From a virus: a DNA stretch of 64,000 bases. The stretch is from positions 16,398 through 80,397 of the IMG/VR virus record IMGVR_UViG_3300019886_000067; one strand, given 5' to 3'. Of the stretch, positions 31,240 to 40,453 are shown piece after piece (positions within the stretch are counted from its first letter, which is position 1; each line of letters begins with the position of its first letter). Under the pieces are notes generated by a model. It was given only the letters and a program-made list of their open reading frames with translations, made no database searches and was not told where the DNA came from. A program made the translations under genes and the position numbers.

Positions 31240-31431
31240 TTACTCCGCCACCTCCTCAATGATGAGAATGTTCGGGACGTTGACCATGACGTGACCGCCG
31301 TTCATATCATCCATCGACATAAACGTCTTCCCCTGCGCGGAAGCCATATTCAGTTGATTCATCGCCTGTGTGTAATCCTCGTCAAGTTCGCGCTGCGTGA
31401 GCACGTCCTTCATAGTCACGACTATAGCCAT
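31240..31431 (-). CDS. hypothetical protein
   Basis: GAGAGGA RBS. Confidence 0.6.
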   Translation of the reverse strand: MAIVVTMKDVLTQRELDEDYTQAMNQLNMASAQGKTFMSMDDMNGGHVMVNVPNILIIEEVAE

Positions 31432-31441
31432 TTCAATCCTC

Positions 31442-31804
31442 TCAAGGGTTCTGGTACGACCTACTAGATACTACTCCCTGAAAACGCGGCCAAAGCCCGA
31501 TTGCGTCGTCCACGGCGCACACGCGCACCATACCCTTGTCAAGTTTCTCACCAACATGCTCGACAATGCAAACGTCTGAGTCCTCATCATCCATCAGCCG
31601 GACGTGGAGTTTCGGGTCATACGGAACGTCGGCTAGCGCCGACTCGTCGCAATGGACAGTAGAGAAACACTTCCAGACCATTTTGCCAGATGGATCAGGC
31701 TGCTTGAGCCTAAACACATGGCCGGAGCATGGCTCTGGTGGAAGGTTTCCGCCTTCGGCTTCAATGGCGTTGCAGAGCGCCACGTAATCGTCAGGGTGAT
31801 AGTT
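31442..31804 (-). CDS. hypothetical protein
   Basis: ORF in operon; exact start uncertain (31807-31819 also possible). Confidence 0.5.
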   Translation of the reverse strand, partial: NYHPDDYVALCNAIEAEGGNLPPEPCSGHVFRLKQPDPSGKMVWKCFSTVHCDESALADVPYDPKLHVRLMDDEDSDVCIVEHVGEKLDKGMVRVCAVDDAIGLWPRFQGVVSSRSYQNP

Positions 31805-32021
31805 CATATTGGTCCTCAAGAAAGCGCGTGAATTTGGACGGCTTCAGGACTCGTCCTGTACTCGACCCAAAGACCGACTCTCCGTTGACTTTGAGAGCCC
31901 ACAGCCGCCAGACAGGATGCTCAGTAGTGGTGTCCACTCCACGCGAAAACTCAATCTTGACCGGCCCGCAGACCAGATCATAGTCGTCGTTTCCCTTGTC
32001 TAGGAACTGAAGCTCGCTCAC
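31791..32021 (-). CDS. hypothetical protein
   Basis: TACGCT-N6-GTG leaderless start. Confidence 0.55.
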   Translation of the reverse strand: MSELQFLDKGNDDYDLVCGPVKIEFSRGVDTTTEHPVWRLWALKVNGESVFGSSTGRVLKPSKFTRFLEDQYELSP

Positions 32022-32045
32022 CCGAGAAGCGTACCAGAAAACGAC

Positions 32046-32210
32046 TTAGTGCGCCGGCTTCTTACGTTTGTAGCCATCGACACGAACTACTGGCTTGCGC
32101 CTGCCTTTGGAATAGTTCGATCCACGGGGCGAACGAGTATGGCCCTTGACGCCAACTGCGTTTCCTGCACGCGGTGAGCGCTTACGTGGTGCGCGTCCCT
32201 TGGTAGCCAT
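32046..32210 (-). CDS. 54-aa Arg/Lys-rich protein
   Basis: MATKGRAPRKRSPRAG...VKGHTRSPR...VDGYKRKK, coupled to the portal stop. Confidence 0.6.
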   Translation of the reverse strand: MATKGRAPRKRSPRAGNAVGVKGHTRSPRGSNYSKGRRKPVVRVDGYKRKKPAH

Positions 32211-34516
32211 TAGGTCGCCACCGCTGGGACGAATGCTCTACGACAGCGCGGGTGCTCAAGCGGATTCTCGCGGGCCTGCTCAATCGTCCATAGCTGGCCG
32301 TCTGCCTCTGCGCAAGGCTCATCGCTGTCTGTACCGTCGCTCACCACCACATGAGTATAGCCAGAGCCCTCAGCAACCGCTAGCGTACCTTCGTTGTAGC
32401 CGCGCGTCGCCTCAGTCAGAGCTATGCCAGAAGCATCGCCCTCAACCCAATCGGCTACGGCCGCTTGGACCTCGGCCTGAATGTCCGCAAGCGTAGACTC
32501 GCTAGTGCGGTTGGCCTTCACAGCCTCGGCAATCTTCTTCTTGAATGTCGATGTGACCGCCTGGACGCCAGAGTCCTTGCGCGCCACAAGCTCATCTACG
32601 AGCGCTTCATAGTCGATTTCGCCGGCCGGCTTGAGGCCGATCTGAGCATGATGAATCGCTGCGGCCGACATCACGCGCAGCAGCGCTTTCTCGTAGGCTT
32701 CCGTGGCAAGTTCGTTGAAGCTCTTCCACGCCTCAGAGTTGCGCAGGCGAGAGACCACATCAGAAGCCTTGAATGCCTTGCCCTCCGCTGTATCTATAAG
32801 TCCACGCTCAAGCACGCGCGCAGCCTTACCCAGATCGCTTTCGAAGTCAGACACGATGGCATCAACCTCTTCGACTCGCTTTCCTGCTAGCGCGTCTTCT
32901 GGGCGTACCTCACTATCAAGCTTTGGCCCCACACTGACTTTTGCCGGCTGTGTCAATGCCTTATGCTCAATCTCCTGCAAACGGCCAAGCACTTCATCAA
33001 CACTGAACGACCTTTTCGCCTTGCGGCTATGAATGTTGCCGTTCTTGCGGTTACTCAAACGCAAACTCTCAACTAGATCGTCTAGTGCCTTTTTGCCGGC
33101 GATTGCCTTAGCGCCGGACGGAAGAGCCTTACCTGGCTTCGGAAAGGCTTTCGTGTTCGAGCGGTTAGGCGGACGCCCAGGCTCGCCCGGCAGGCCAGGA
33201 TCAGGGAAACCCTGGCCTTCTGCTAGTTCGCCGCCTTCAGCCTCTTCGCCAGGCAGATTGAGTGTGATTTCGCCTATCTCTTTGTCAGGGTGCGGGCCAA
33301 GTCCGGCGAGCTTGCGAAGCTCGTCTACAATGATGCCCGGTAGTTGCCCAAACGAACCCGCCATGTGTGCCTGCTCTTCTGGTGATAGTTGATATTCATA
33401 GTCAATCGCGTATACTAGTCCCCAAGCCGCAACTAGTTCGGCCGTGATCTTCTTCTGAAGCTTGTTCATCAGCGGCCGTGCTGTCTTTGCGTCGAAGTGC
33501 TGTTGGGCTTCATGGAGCGGTTCAGTAGTCGCCTCGTCAGAGATTCCCAGGAGCTTCGGGTTCATACGGAACCACGAGAAGATACGATCACGGCTCATTT
33601 TCGAAAGCTCAGCAAACCCAGCATCCCCAGCATTCGGAGCAAACGAGTTGAGCTTTAGCCCAGCCTCAAGCACGAGAAGTTCTCCCGCATTTTTAGGACC
33701 GGCCGCACGAGCGCGTAGCTGAGCGCGAATCTTCTTGAATACATCCCTGGGGACGCGGCGCTCGGATTCAATAGCGACAGACGGCATCGCTTTGTTCTCC
33801 ATAAACGAAGCCTGCGTATCTGTCAAAGCAATCTCAAGATCGGCTGCGCGGCCGGCACCTTGGATCAGGCCAACCCCGTAGTACGGATTCTCCGGGTCAG
33901 GGTTTCCCATTCGGAAATGAATGACATCCTTGGGTTCAATCGCCAACTTGTCAGCATTTGGAATTTGGTAGACGTATGCGGCTGGACCCCACGGCTTCGT
34001 GACGACTTCAACGTACGGCGGAGCTAGACGGTAGAGCGCCAGAGGACGGCCGGCATCGTTGTTGCGCCACTTGAACCAATACGAGTTGCCTACCAGCAGC
34101 AAGTCCATCACAAGCAGTTCCATCATTTCGATGTAATCCATATACGGATTTGGCTTCTCAAGAAGCTGTGCCAAGCCTTCCGGCGGAGCTACAGGATCGC
34201 CAGGGACGCGAACCGGCGATAGAGGCGCAGGCTTCTCAAAGTGGTATTCGGCGCTGGCGACCGTATCTGCCACGAAGCGCGTGCAGTCCATGACCCAATC
34301 CATCGCTTGGTTGCCGCCGTAGGCACTCAGGTAGCGGCCGGCTCCGCGCTGCGCGAGTCGTGGCCCTCCTGGGACCGCATCGTTCGGACTCTTGCCTGGG
34401 ACCTTGCCGAGATTCAGGTCTGTGAGCCCAACCGGCCTTCCTGGGTCCATGAACGCAGGATGAGGCCCAAGGGCCTTTCCTTCTACCTGAATGCGCGCAA
34501 GCTCCTTCAAATCCAC
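32210..34516 (-). CDS. portal protein fused to a MuF-like head morphogenesis domain
   Basis: LLEKPNPYM, LLLVGNSY, VIHFR..PYYG; C-terminal C..ADGQ...EHPRCRR. Confidence 0.9.
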   Translation of the reverse strand: MDLKELARIQVEGKALGPHPAFMDPGRPVGLTDLNLGKVPGKSPNDAVPGGPRLAQRGAGRYLSAYGGNQAMDWVMDCTRFVADTVASAEYHFEKPAPLSPVRVPGDPVAPPEGLAQLLEKPNPYMDYIEMMELLVMDLLLVGNSYWFKWRNNDAGRPLALYRLAPPYVEVVTKPWGPAAYVYQIPNADKLAIEPKDVIHFRMGNPDPENPYYGVGLIQGAGRAADLEIALTDTQASFMENKAMPSVAIESERRVPRDVFKKIRAQLRARAAGPKNAGELLVLEAGLKLNSFAPNAGDAGFAELSKMSRDRIFSWFRMNPKLLGISDEATTEPLHEAQQHFDAKTARPLMNKLQKKITAELVAAWGLVYAIDYEYQLSPEEQAHMAGSFGQLPGIIVDELRKLAGLGPHPDKEIGEITLNLPGEEAEGGELAEGQGFPDPGLPGEPGRPPNRSNTKAFPKPGKALPSGAKAIAGKKALDDLVESLRLSNRKNGNIHSRKAKRSFSVDEVLGRLQEIEHKALTQPAKVSVGPKLDSEVRPEDALAGKRVEEVDAIVSDFESDLGKAARVLERGLIDTAEGKAFKASDVVSRLRNSEAWKSFNELATEAYEKALLRVMSAAAIHHAQIGLKPAGEIDYEALVDELVARKDSGVQAVTSTFKKKIAEAVKANRTSESTLADIQAEVQAAVADWVEGDASGIALTEATRGYNEGTLAVAEGSGYTHVVVSDGTDSDEPCAEADGQLWTIEQARENPLEHPRCRRAFVPAVAT

Positions 34517-34749
34517 CAGTAGAAGTTTACGGCCGCCACTGGCTAAGTGGTACGAAGCCCAATTAGCACGAACACCGAACGGCGTGCCGCCACTAACCTG
34601 TAGACCCTCTAAGAGGGTCTACTACGGCTTCGTGGCCGCAAGCCGCATAACTAAGCCAATCTCAAAGAGTACATTCGTACCACTTGCACCCCAAACGTAC
34701 CACGTAAATAACGGCCGCAAAGAGTCGGCCGATGTGGTACGCTTCCGAT

Positions 34750-35058
34750 ATGAAGCTAAGGCAGACCCAAACTGAAATGCTTGAGGACGCGGATAAGGCG
34801 ATTGAGAACGCTCGCGCTGTGCGTGAGTTTCACGCCAAGCGCAACAAGCGCGGGAGCCGGCAGCGCGAGACCGATATCAGGCTGGCGCTAGAGCGCCTTA
34901 GAGACGCCATGAAGCCGATTCGGCGCGCGATAGCTAAATTCCCCTACGATCCTACTGGATTGGACGCAGAGAGCCTTAAAACCGCCTCTCAGGACATCCA
35001 AAAGGAGCGCCGCAAGCTCTGGAAGATGAAGGCCACAAAAAGGAAGAGGAAAAATTGA
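34750..35058 (+). CDS. hypothetical basic protein
   Basis: TACGCT-N6-ATG. Confidence 0.6.
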   Translation: MKLRQTQTEMLEDADKAIENARAVREFHAKRNKRGSRQRETDIRLALERLRDAMKPIRRAIAKFPYDPTGLDAESLKTASQDIQKERRKLWKMKATKRKRKN

Positions 35059-35711
35059 CTCAGGAAATAGCAAACGGCTGCCAAGTCCACAAGAACCTAG
35101 ACGGTGGCGTGACAATTGTCCAAAGAGACAACGGCACCATACACCTCAGCCGCAAAGAGCTTGTTGAGTTTGTGATCTTTGCCTCAAACCATATAAGGCA
35201 TACGAGAGCCGAACACTCTCAGTCAGTCCTTTTGATGGGAGGCCCGTATCACGGCGAATGGAGAGAGATTCCAGCGGCCGTACAGATTCTTACGTTCCCG
35301 CAGCTAGACAAGCCGTGTTATGTGGCTGATCTTGGAGTAACCCCAGGGACGATGGACTACACCAACCACGTCTATTCGAAAGCCAATGACATTGCCATCG
35401 GCGGGATTAGGTTTCCGTTCGAGATTTTCGAGCATTCGTCGTTGCGCGAGGCCAACATCGCTAGGGCTGCTCGTCTACTTGAGGAAGAGTTGAATGTTAA
35501 CGGTACTCGGCAGACGATCACCAAACAGGACTTGGATTTTCGTAGGCAAGATATGGCTAAGGTCCAAGTTGAGGTAGAGGAGGCTAACCGCAAACGAAAT
35601 TGCGCGGTCAATCAGCTAACTCAGTCCGAAAAGCGCTGCAAACAGACATACGAAGATGGATTGCGTTTGACTGCCAAGCGTCGCGCTCTTCAGTTCCATC
35701 ACGGCGTTTAA
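35055..35711 (+). CDS. hypothetical protein
   Basis: LMGGPYHGE motif; followed by a terminator. Confidence 0.6.
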   Translation: MTQEIANGCQVHKNLDGGVTIVQRDNGTIHLSRKELVEFVIFASNHIRHTRAEHSQSVLLMGGPYHGEWREIPAAVQILTFPQLDKPCYVADLGVTPGTMDYTNHVYSKANDIAIGGIRFPFEIFEHSSLREANIARAARLLEEELNVNGTRQTITKQDLDFRRQDMAKVQVEVEEANRKRNCAVNQLTQSEKRCKQTYEDGLRLTAKRRALQFHHGV

Positions 35712-35715
35712 CGCG

Positions 35716-35745
35716 GAAAGGCCCGCTGATATCAGCGGGCCTTTC
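35716..35745. terminator. bidirectional terminator (30-bp palindrome)
   Basis: GAAAGGCCCGCTGATATCAGCGGGCCTTTC at a convergence point. Confidence 0.75.
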
Positions 35746-35766
35746 AAGCGGGGTGATTCCTACAAG

Positions 35767-35842
35767 TACGGCGAACGAGAATCGAACTCGCATTATCCAC
35801 GCTGAGAACGTGGGGTCCTAGTCCTAGTTAGACGACCGCCGC
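35767..35842 (-). tRNA. tRNA-Glu(CTC)
   Basis: CCACG-TTCTCAG-CGTGG; T-loop TTCGATT. Confidence 0.9.
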
Positions 35843-35845
35843 GTA

Positions 35846-35917
35846 TAGCAGACCGAGGATTCGCGCCTCGCTCCCAGGCTTATGAGGCCCGGATGGTCAC
35901 TAGACCACCTGTCTGCA
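35846..35917 (-). tRNA. tRNA-Met(CAT), initiator-like, atypical
   Basis: Loop CTCATAA, unpaired 1:72, T-loop CGCGAAT. Confidence 0.7.
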
Positions 35918-35918
35918 A

Positions 35919-35990
35919 AGTCCCTGTCGGGATTCGAACCCGAACCATTCGCTTAGGAGGCAAACGCGCTATCCATTACGCCACAAGGAC
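35919..35990 (-). tRNA. tRNA-Arg(CCT)
   Basis: Loop CTCCTAA. Confidence 0.9.
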
Positions 35991-35993
35991 ATA

Positions 35994-36062
35994 TCTCCCT
36001 ACTGAGAATCGAACTCAGCCTAACAGATTAGAAGTCCGCCGTCCCGATCCACGGGCAAGGAG
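35994..36062 (-). tRNA. tRNA-Arg(TCT), short D-arm
   Basis: Loop CTTCTAA; 69 nt. Confidence 0.8.
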
Positions 36063-36066
36063 TAAG

Positions 36067-36135
36067 TCCCAAGAGCAGGATTCGAACCTGCACCGCGCGG
36101 CTTATGAGTCCGCCGTGTCACCTAGACATCCTGGG
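36067..36135 (-). tRNA. tRNA-Met/Ile2(CAT), short D-arm
   Basis: Loop CTCATAA; 69 nt. Confidence 0.75.
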
Positions 36136-36140
36136 TAGAG

Positions 36141-36209
36141 CGGGGAAGCAACGAATCGAACGCTGGCCTGCGGGTTTGGAATCCGCTTGGTCTCCATGAC
36201 CTCTTCCCC
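36141..36209 (-). tRNA. tRNA-Trp(CCA), short D-arm
   Basis: Loop TTCCAAA; G73. Confidence 0.8.
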
Positions 36210-36257
36210 TGGTTTCGTGTGCCCACCCACTATCGGGGGTAACACGACACACGAAAG

Positions 36258-36332
36258 GGTGTCTGACGGGATTCGAACCCGCATCGAACCGGATCACAAC
36301 CGGCGGACTTAACCACTTAGACCACAGACACC
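36258..36332 (-). tRNA. tRNA-His(GTG)
   Basis: Loop TTGTGAT; encoded G-1:C73. Confidence 0.9.
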
Positions 36333-36337
36333 GTGTA

Positions 36338-36406
36338 TCCCCTTACTGAGAGTCGAACTCAGCACTCAGGCTTCGGAGGCCCGAGACACGATCCGCGTGT
36401 AAGGAG
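36338..36406 (-). tRNA. tRNA-Arg(CCG), short D-arm
   Basis: Loop CTCCGAA; 69 nt. Confidence 0.8.
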
Positions 36407-36467
36407 TTGTCACTAGTGGGCTCGCGGGAAGCCCTTTATGAGGGACCTATCTCCCTCGCTAGTGTAG

Positions 36468-36542
36468 CGCTGATGATGGGACTCGAACCCACGACATTCC
36501 GCTCGACAGGCGGACGCTCTGACCAAACTGAGCTACATCAGC
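36468..36542 (-). tRNA. tRNA-Asp(GTC)
   Basis: Loop CTGTCGA; G73. Confidence 0.9.
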
Positions 36543-36548
36543 GTAAAG

Positions 36549-36622
36549 CCTCCCCGACAGGATTCGAACCTGTAACCTCTGGTTTCGTAGACCAGCGCGC
36601 TATCCAATTACGCTACGGAGAG
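36549..36622 (-). tRNA. tRNA-Arg(ACG)
   Basis: Loop CTACGAA. Confidence 0.9.
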
Positions 36623-36625
36623 TTA

Positions 36626-36709
36626 TGCGAGTGGTGGGAGTCGAACCCACATGGCCCTTCGGCCGGCGCGGTTTGAACGCACTGCGTATCCCAATTCCAC
36701 CACACTCGC
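36626..36709 (-). tRNA. tRNA-Leu(CAA)
   Basis: Loop TTCAAAC; long variable arm. Confidence 0.9.
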
Positions 36710-36712
36710 GTA

Positions 36713-36795
36713 TACGTTCGGAGGGAGTCGAACCCTCAATCCCGATGGGCACTGGCTTCTAAGACCAGCGTGTATACCAATTCCACCACGAACGC
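36713..36795 (-). tRNA. tRNA-Leu(TAG)
   Basis: Loop CTTAGAA; long variable arm. Confidence 0.9.
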
Positions 36796-36798
36796 TCA

Positions 36799-36881
36799 TG
36801 CGATTGACAAGAGTCGAACTTGCACATTCCGAAGAACACTGCCTCCTCAAGGCAGGGCGTCTACCATTCCGCCACAATCGC
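36799..36881 (-). tRNA. tRNA-Leu(GAG)
   Basis: Loop TTGAGGA; long variable arm. Confidence 0.9.
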
Positions 36882-36887
36882 TTAAAG

Positions 36888-36961
36888 TCAGGATGGCTGG
36901 ATTTGAACCAGCGGCTTCCTCCGTCCGAGGGAGGCACGCTACCAGGCTGCGTCACATCCTG
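36888..36961 (-). tRNA. tRNA-Pro(CGG)
   Basis: Loop CTCGGAC; C1-G72. Confidence 0.9.
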
Positions 36962-36966
36962 TTGAG

Positions 36967-37041
36967 TCGGGATAGAAGGATTTGAACCTTCGGCTTCACC
37001 GCCCCAAACGGCGCGCTCTGACCAGACTGAGCTATATCCCG
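36967..37041 (-). tRNA. tRNA-Pro(TGG)
   Basis: Loop TTTGGGG; C1-G72. Confidence 0.9.
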
Positions 37042-37047
37042 AAAAAG

Positions 37048-37120
37048 CTCTTGCGCTAGGATTCGAACCTAGACCTAACGGGTTAACAGCCCGTCGTGCT
37101 GCCGTTGACACCACGCAAGA
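37048..37120 (-). tRNA. tRNA-Asn(GTT)
   Basis: Loop CTGTTAA; U1-A72. Confidence 0.9.
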
Positions 37121-37126
37121 TCGAAG

Positions 37127-37198
37127 CTGGGGAGGTAGGATTCGAACCTACATCGGGCCGGGTCAGAGCCGTCCATCTTGCCATTAGACCACTCCCCA
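37127..37198 (-). tRNA. tRNA-Gln(CTG)
   Basis: Loop CTCTGAC; U1-A72. Confidence 0.88.
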
Positions 37199-37203
37199 GG
37201 GTA

Positions 37204-37275
37204 ATGCGGAGGCTGGATTCGAACCAGCATCGAATGGGTTCAAGGCCCACCATCATGCCGTTAGACCACTCCGCA
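37204..37275 (-). tRNA. tRNA-Gln(TTG)
   Basis: Loop CCTTGAA (C33); U1-A72. Confidence 0.85.
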
Positions 37276-37507
37276 GCAGAAAGAACAACATAGCACATCT
37301 TCGTGCCAAAGGTCGGGTCGTCCGGTCCCAATTCGGGATGGAACCGGACGACCGTCGCAAGAGTGCGCTCTCTGGGCTAGCTCTCCAACCCTACGCGCAC
37401 CAGGAACGCAACTAATGGGCTGTACGTGCTCTAGGCGTCTCTGCCGAAGACTGTAGCAGATTCTTTGCGGTGTTGCACGTCAAGCGAATCTGTGGTACGG
37501 TTCCCCC

Positions 37508-38950
37508 ATGAAGACAACTCCCGATCAGTTCATGGCGAGCCTTGGCTTGCCAGAGGTATATCGCGTTGGAGGTTCAGTCCGAGACGAAGTTCTCGGCCGG
37601 CGCTCCAAAGACTCCGACTATATGGTTCGGGGCTCCACGCTTAATGAGATTAGGTCGGCTGTCGGGCGCGCGGGTGCTAAGCCGAGCAAGCTCAAGCTAC
37701 GCACAGGTGTTGAGGTAGGTGTACGGGCCGCAGTCAAGGGGCTCGGCTTGCTTGAGATTGTTCTGCCGCGCACAGAGCGCTCAACTGGACCCGGCCGGCA
37801 CGATTTCGAGATTCATTGTTCGCCTGATATCCGACTTGAGGAAGATGCTCTTCGTCGTGACTTCAAAATGAATGCGATCTACCTCAACATCGCTTCTCAG
37901 CACTATGTTGATCCGCTTGGTGGGCTTGATGATATAAAACGTAAACTCATCAACACCACACATGCTGATTCCTTCAAGGAAGACCCGCTTCGCACGCTTC
38001 GAGCGCTGCGTTTCTGTTCTACGTTGCCAGGATTTTGTCTGTCAGGAACTACACACAACCAAATGTGCGACCATGCGCCGGCCGTAACTGGTCTGACGAC
38101 GAAAGGTGTCTCTGCTACCGCATTTGATGAGCTTTGCAAGCTGCTCATGGGCAGTCGGCCAAGCTTGGCGCTGGAATTGATGGCCGAAACAGGCGTTATG
38201 GCGGTTTTCCTGCCTGAGCTTGTGCCAATGCTTGACTTCGAGCAGCGTTCGCGCTACCACGAGAAGACAACAAGCAAGCACACGTTCGATGCTGTGCAGG
38301 CGGCGGCTAATATGCACCAACACGCGCCGCTTCGCGTACGTTTGGCACTACTTTTCCACGATTCCGGCAAGCCTTTGATGGCTTGGACAGGCGAGGACGG
38401 CCTTCAGCATTACTACGCGCTTGATCCAAAGCGAGCAGTAGAGCTAAATGCACCAATCGCCGCACTTGAATCACACGAGGCATGGGGCGTCAAGCAAGCG
38501 CACGCTGCTCTAACGCGCCTTGGCGCTCCAAAGAAGCTACGCCAAGACGTTGAAACACTGATTGCGCGCCATATGTTGCCGCTGCATGAGAACTTTAGGC
38601 CGATCAAGGTACGCAAGTTGCGTGCAGAGCTTGGCGACGAGCTTTTGCGTGACCTAATCACGCATCGGCTGGCTGATGTGCTCGGCAAGGGCGGTGACAC
38701 AACGGCCGCTGTAGAAGTTCTGACGTGGATTGCCAACGAGCAAGACAGGGCCATCGCCGGCCATGTGCCGCTAAGTCCGAAGGAACTTGATATAAGTGGC
38801 CGTGAACTTGTTGCGCTAGGTTTGAACGGCCGCGAAATCGGACGCGTGCAGAAGCAGCTACTACACGAGGTACTTGCTCAGCCTAAGCTCAACACAAACG
38901 AGTGGCTTGTCAATCGAGCCAAGGTCATACGCCACAAGGATATGAAATGA
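37508..38950 (+). CDS. cca: CCA-adding tRNA nucleotidyltransferase with HD domain
   Basis: YRVGGSVRD..LG..SKDSD, EDALRRDFKMNA, FKEDPLRTLRALRF, LALLFHDSGKP. Confidence 0.93.
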   Translation: MKTTPDQFMASLGLPEVYRVGGSVRDEVLGRRSKDSDYMVRGSTLNEIRSAVGRAGAKPSKLKLRTGVEVGVRAAVKGLGLLEIVLPRTERSTGPGRHDFEIHCSPDIRLEEDALRRDFKMNAIYLNIASQHYVDPLGGLDDIKRKLINTTHADSFKEDPLRTLRALRFCSTLPGFCLSGTTHNQMCDHAPAVTGLTTKGVSATAFDELCKLLMGSRPSLALELMAETGVMAVFLPELVPMLDFEQRSRYHEKTTSKHTFDAVQAAANMHQHAPLRVRLALLFHDSGKPLMAWTGEDGLQHYYALDPKRAVELNAPIAALESHEAWGVKQAHAALTRLGAPKKLRQDVETLIARHMLPLHENFRPIKVRKLRAELGDELLRDLITHRLADVLGKGGDTTAAVEVLTWIANEQDRAIAGHVPLSPKELDISGRELVALGLNGREIGRVQKQLLHEVLAQPKLNTNEWLVNRAKVIRHKDMK

Positions 38951-39150
38951 GCGCTCCGATTTATCCTCCGTGGACGAAGAAGTACAAGCTAAGCTACCTT
39001 GGCTTCAATAACTACGAGGTAATAGAGGAGTCATCAAAAGACATACTCGCGGTCGGTCCTTTGGAGTATGGCGAGGCACAAGACATTGCTGATCGCGCCA
39101 ATTCCGAACTCACAGCCGAACGTGTCAAGAACAGAAACAAGGCCAAATGA
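38947..39150 (+). CDS. hypothetical protein
   Basis: ATGA overlap with cca. Confidence 0.55.
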   Translation: MSAPIYPPWTKKYKLSYLGFNNYEVIEESSKDILAVGPLEYGEAQDIADRANSELTAERVKNRNKAK

Positions 39151-39322
39151 TAAATCTGGCCTTTGTCTGCGCCGGCCTGCTGGGTGTTTTGATGTTCATG
39201 TGTCTCGCGCACGAACGCGAGCTTGAGCGTGAAGAGTGCCCACATCTTAATTGCCGCGAATTTGGAAGCTCCTACAATATCACTATCTGTTTTTGCCCAG
39301 ATTGCGGAAAGGTAGACCTACT

Positions 39323-39766
39323 ATGATCCTGCGTAACCAAGCCATATGTACGCTGTGTGGCGACCACATCAAGTCGATACACAAACATGATTTCAAATCT
39401 TGTTTATGTGGAGCGCTATCAGTTGACGGCGGCACTGAGTATCTGCGCCGGCTCGGCAACCCAGGAGAGTACAGAGACACGTCTATTTGTATTCCCGAGC
39501 AGCTTCCGATCAAGGAGGCCGCAAAGTATCTCGGCGTCGTAGTGGCGCTGGGAGATACGGCCGTTGCAGGAACTTCGTGGCTAGAAGGCCAGTTGATAGG
39601 TCAGTTCAAGACTAAGCCTTGGTTCAAGCCGCCGAAGGACAAACGACAACTACTCAAGTGGTGTCGGAAGCTCGTGGAATGGGAGTTGGTTGATGAGCTT
39701 ACGACTAAGGGCGACGCTCAGTGCTATTGGAAATCCAAAGTCGAGCTAGCTACTTGGACTGATTAA
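39323..39766 (+). CDS. Cys-rich zinc-ribbon phage protein
   Basis: NQAICTLCGDHIKS.HKHDFKSCLCGALSVDGG. Confidence 0.7.
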   Translation: MILRNQAICTLCGDHIKSIHKHDFKSCLCGALSVDGGTEYLRRLGNPGEYRDTSICIPEQLPIKEAAKYLGVVVALGDTAVAGTSWLEGQLIGQFKTKPWFKPPKDKRQLLKWCRKLVEWELVDELTTKGDAQCYWKSKVELATWTD

Positions 39767-39767
39767 T

Positions 39768-39834
39768 TATGCACGATCACGCAGATTAGATGATGTTCTC
39801 TTCGCCTAGAAGTAAATCTGCGTGATCGTGCATA
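39768..39834. repeat. perfect 20-bp inverted repeat with 27-nt loop
   Basis: TATGCACGATCACGCAGATT...AATCTGCGTGATCGTGCATA between convergent genes. Confidence 0.85.
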
Positions 39835-39838
39835 CGAC

Positions 39839-40159
39839 TTAGTTAGTCTTGGTGACTACTCCGCCTGCCTGGGATTCCTGGGCAGCCAGCGGCAAAGGAG
39901 TGGCCTGCGCTGCTGCTGGTGCAGCCGGCGGAAAAGTAAGTTTCGCAAGCTCATTCTCAGACGTGTCGATACGGCTCTTGACCGTATCTAGGTAGCTCTC
40001 AAGCTGAGCGCTCTGAGAAGCAAGCGCGGAAAGCTGAGAAGTCGCACGAACGAACTCTGCCTTATGTGACTCAAGAAGTTGCTCGGCTGCTGCAATCTTG
40101 TGAGCTACAGTGCCCGGCACAAGCTTCTCGACAAAGTTCAATGCGTCAGAGATATTCAT
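39839..40159 (-). CDS. hypothetical coiled-coil protein
   Basis: Downstream of tRNA array 2. Confidence 0.6.
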   Translation of the reverse strand: MNISDALNFVEKLVPGTVAHKIAAAEQLLESHKAEFVRATSQLSALASQSAQLESYLDTVKSRIDTSENELAKLTFPPAAPAAAQATPLPLAAQESQAGGVVTKTN

Positions 40160-40213
40160 TGGTACAGTGCATCCTTCCCGTGGTTTTGTAGTAGGAGAAG
40201 GATACCATTAGAG

Positions 40214-40299
40214 CGGAAGGAGTGGGACTCGAACCCACACGCCGGCTCACGCCGACCTCAGCACTTTCCAGGCGCAGTACCGCTCCTTTGGGTCCTTCC
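40214..40299 (-). tRNA. tRNA-Ser(GGA), atypical D-arm
   Basis: Loop CTGGAAA; long variable arm; G73. Confidence 0.8.
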
Positions 40300-40307
40300 G
40301 AAAGAGA

Positions 40308-40378
40308 AGAGCACGGTTGGATTCGAACCAACGTGAGACGGGTTGCAACCGCCGGCTTCGCCCCTCAGCCACGCACTC
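40308..40378 (-). tRNA. tRNA-Cys(GCA)
   Basis: Loop TTGCAAC; U73. Confidence 0.88.
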
Positions 40379-40453
40379 ATAAGCGGGATGCACTTTGGCG
40401 CGCTCCCGAGTGCGCCTCGCTCTAGACGGCCGCAACCGACGAGCGATACTAAG

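Noticed and set aside
36407-37331. ORFs across the tRNA arrays (also 40.1-40.8, 42.6-43.8 and 46.2-46.8 kb)
   Set aside because: They overlap RNA genes and are spurious translations.
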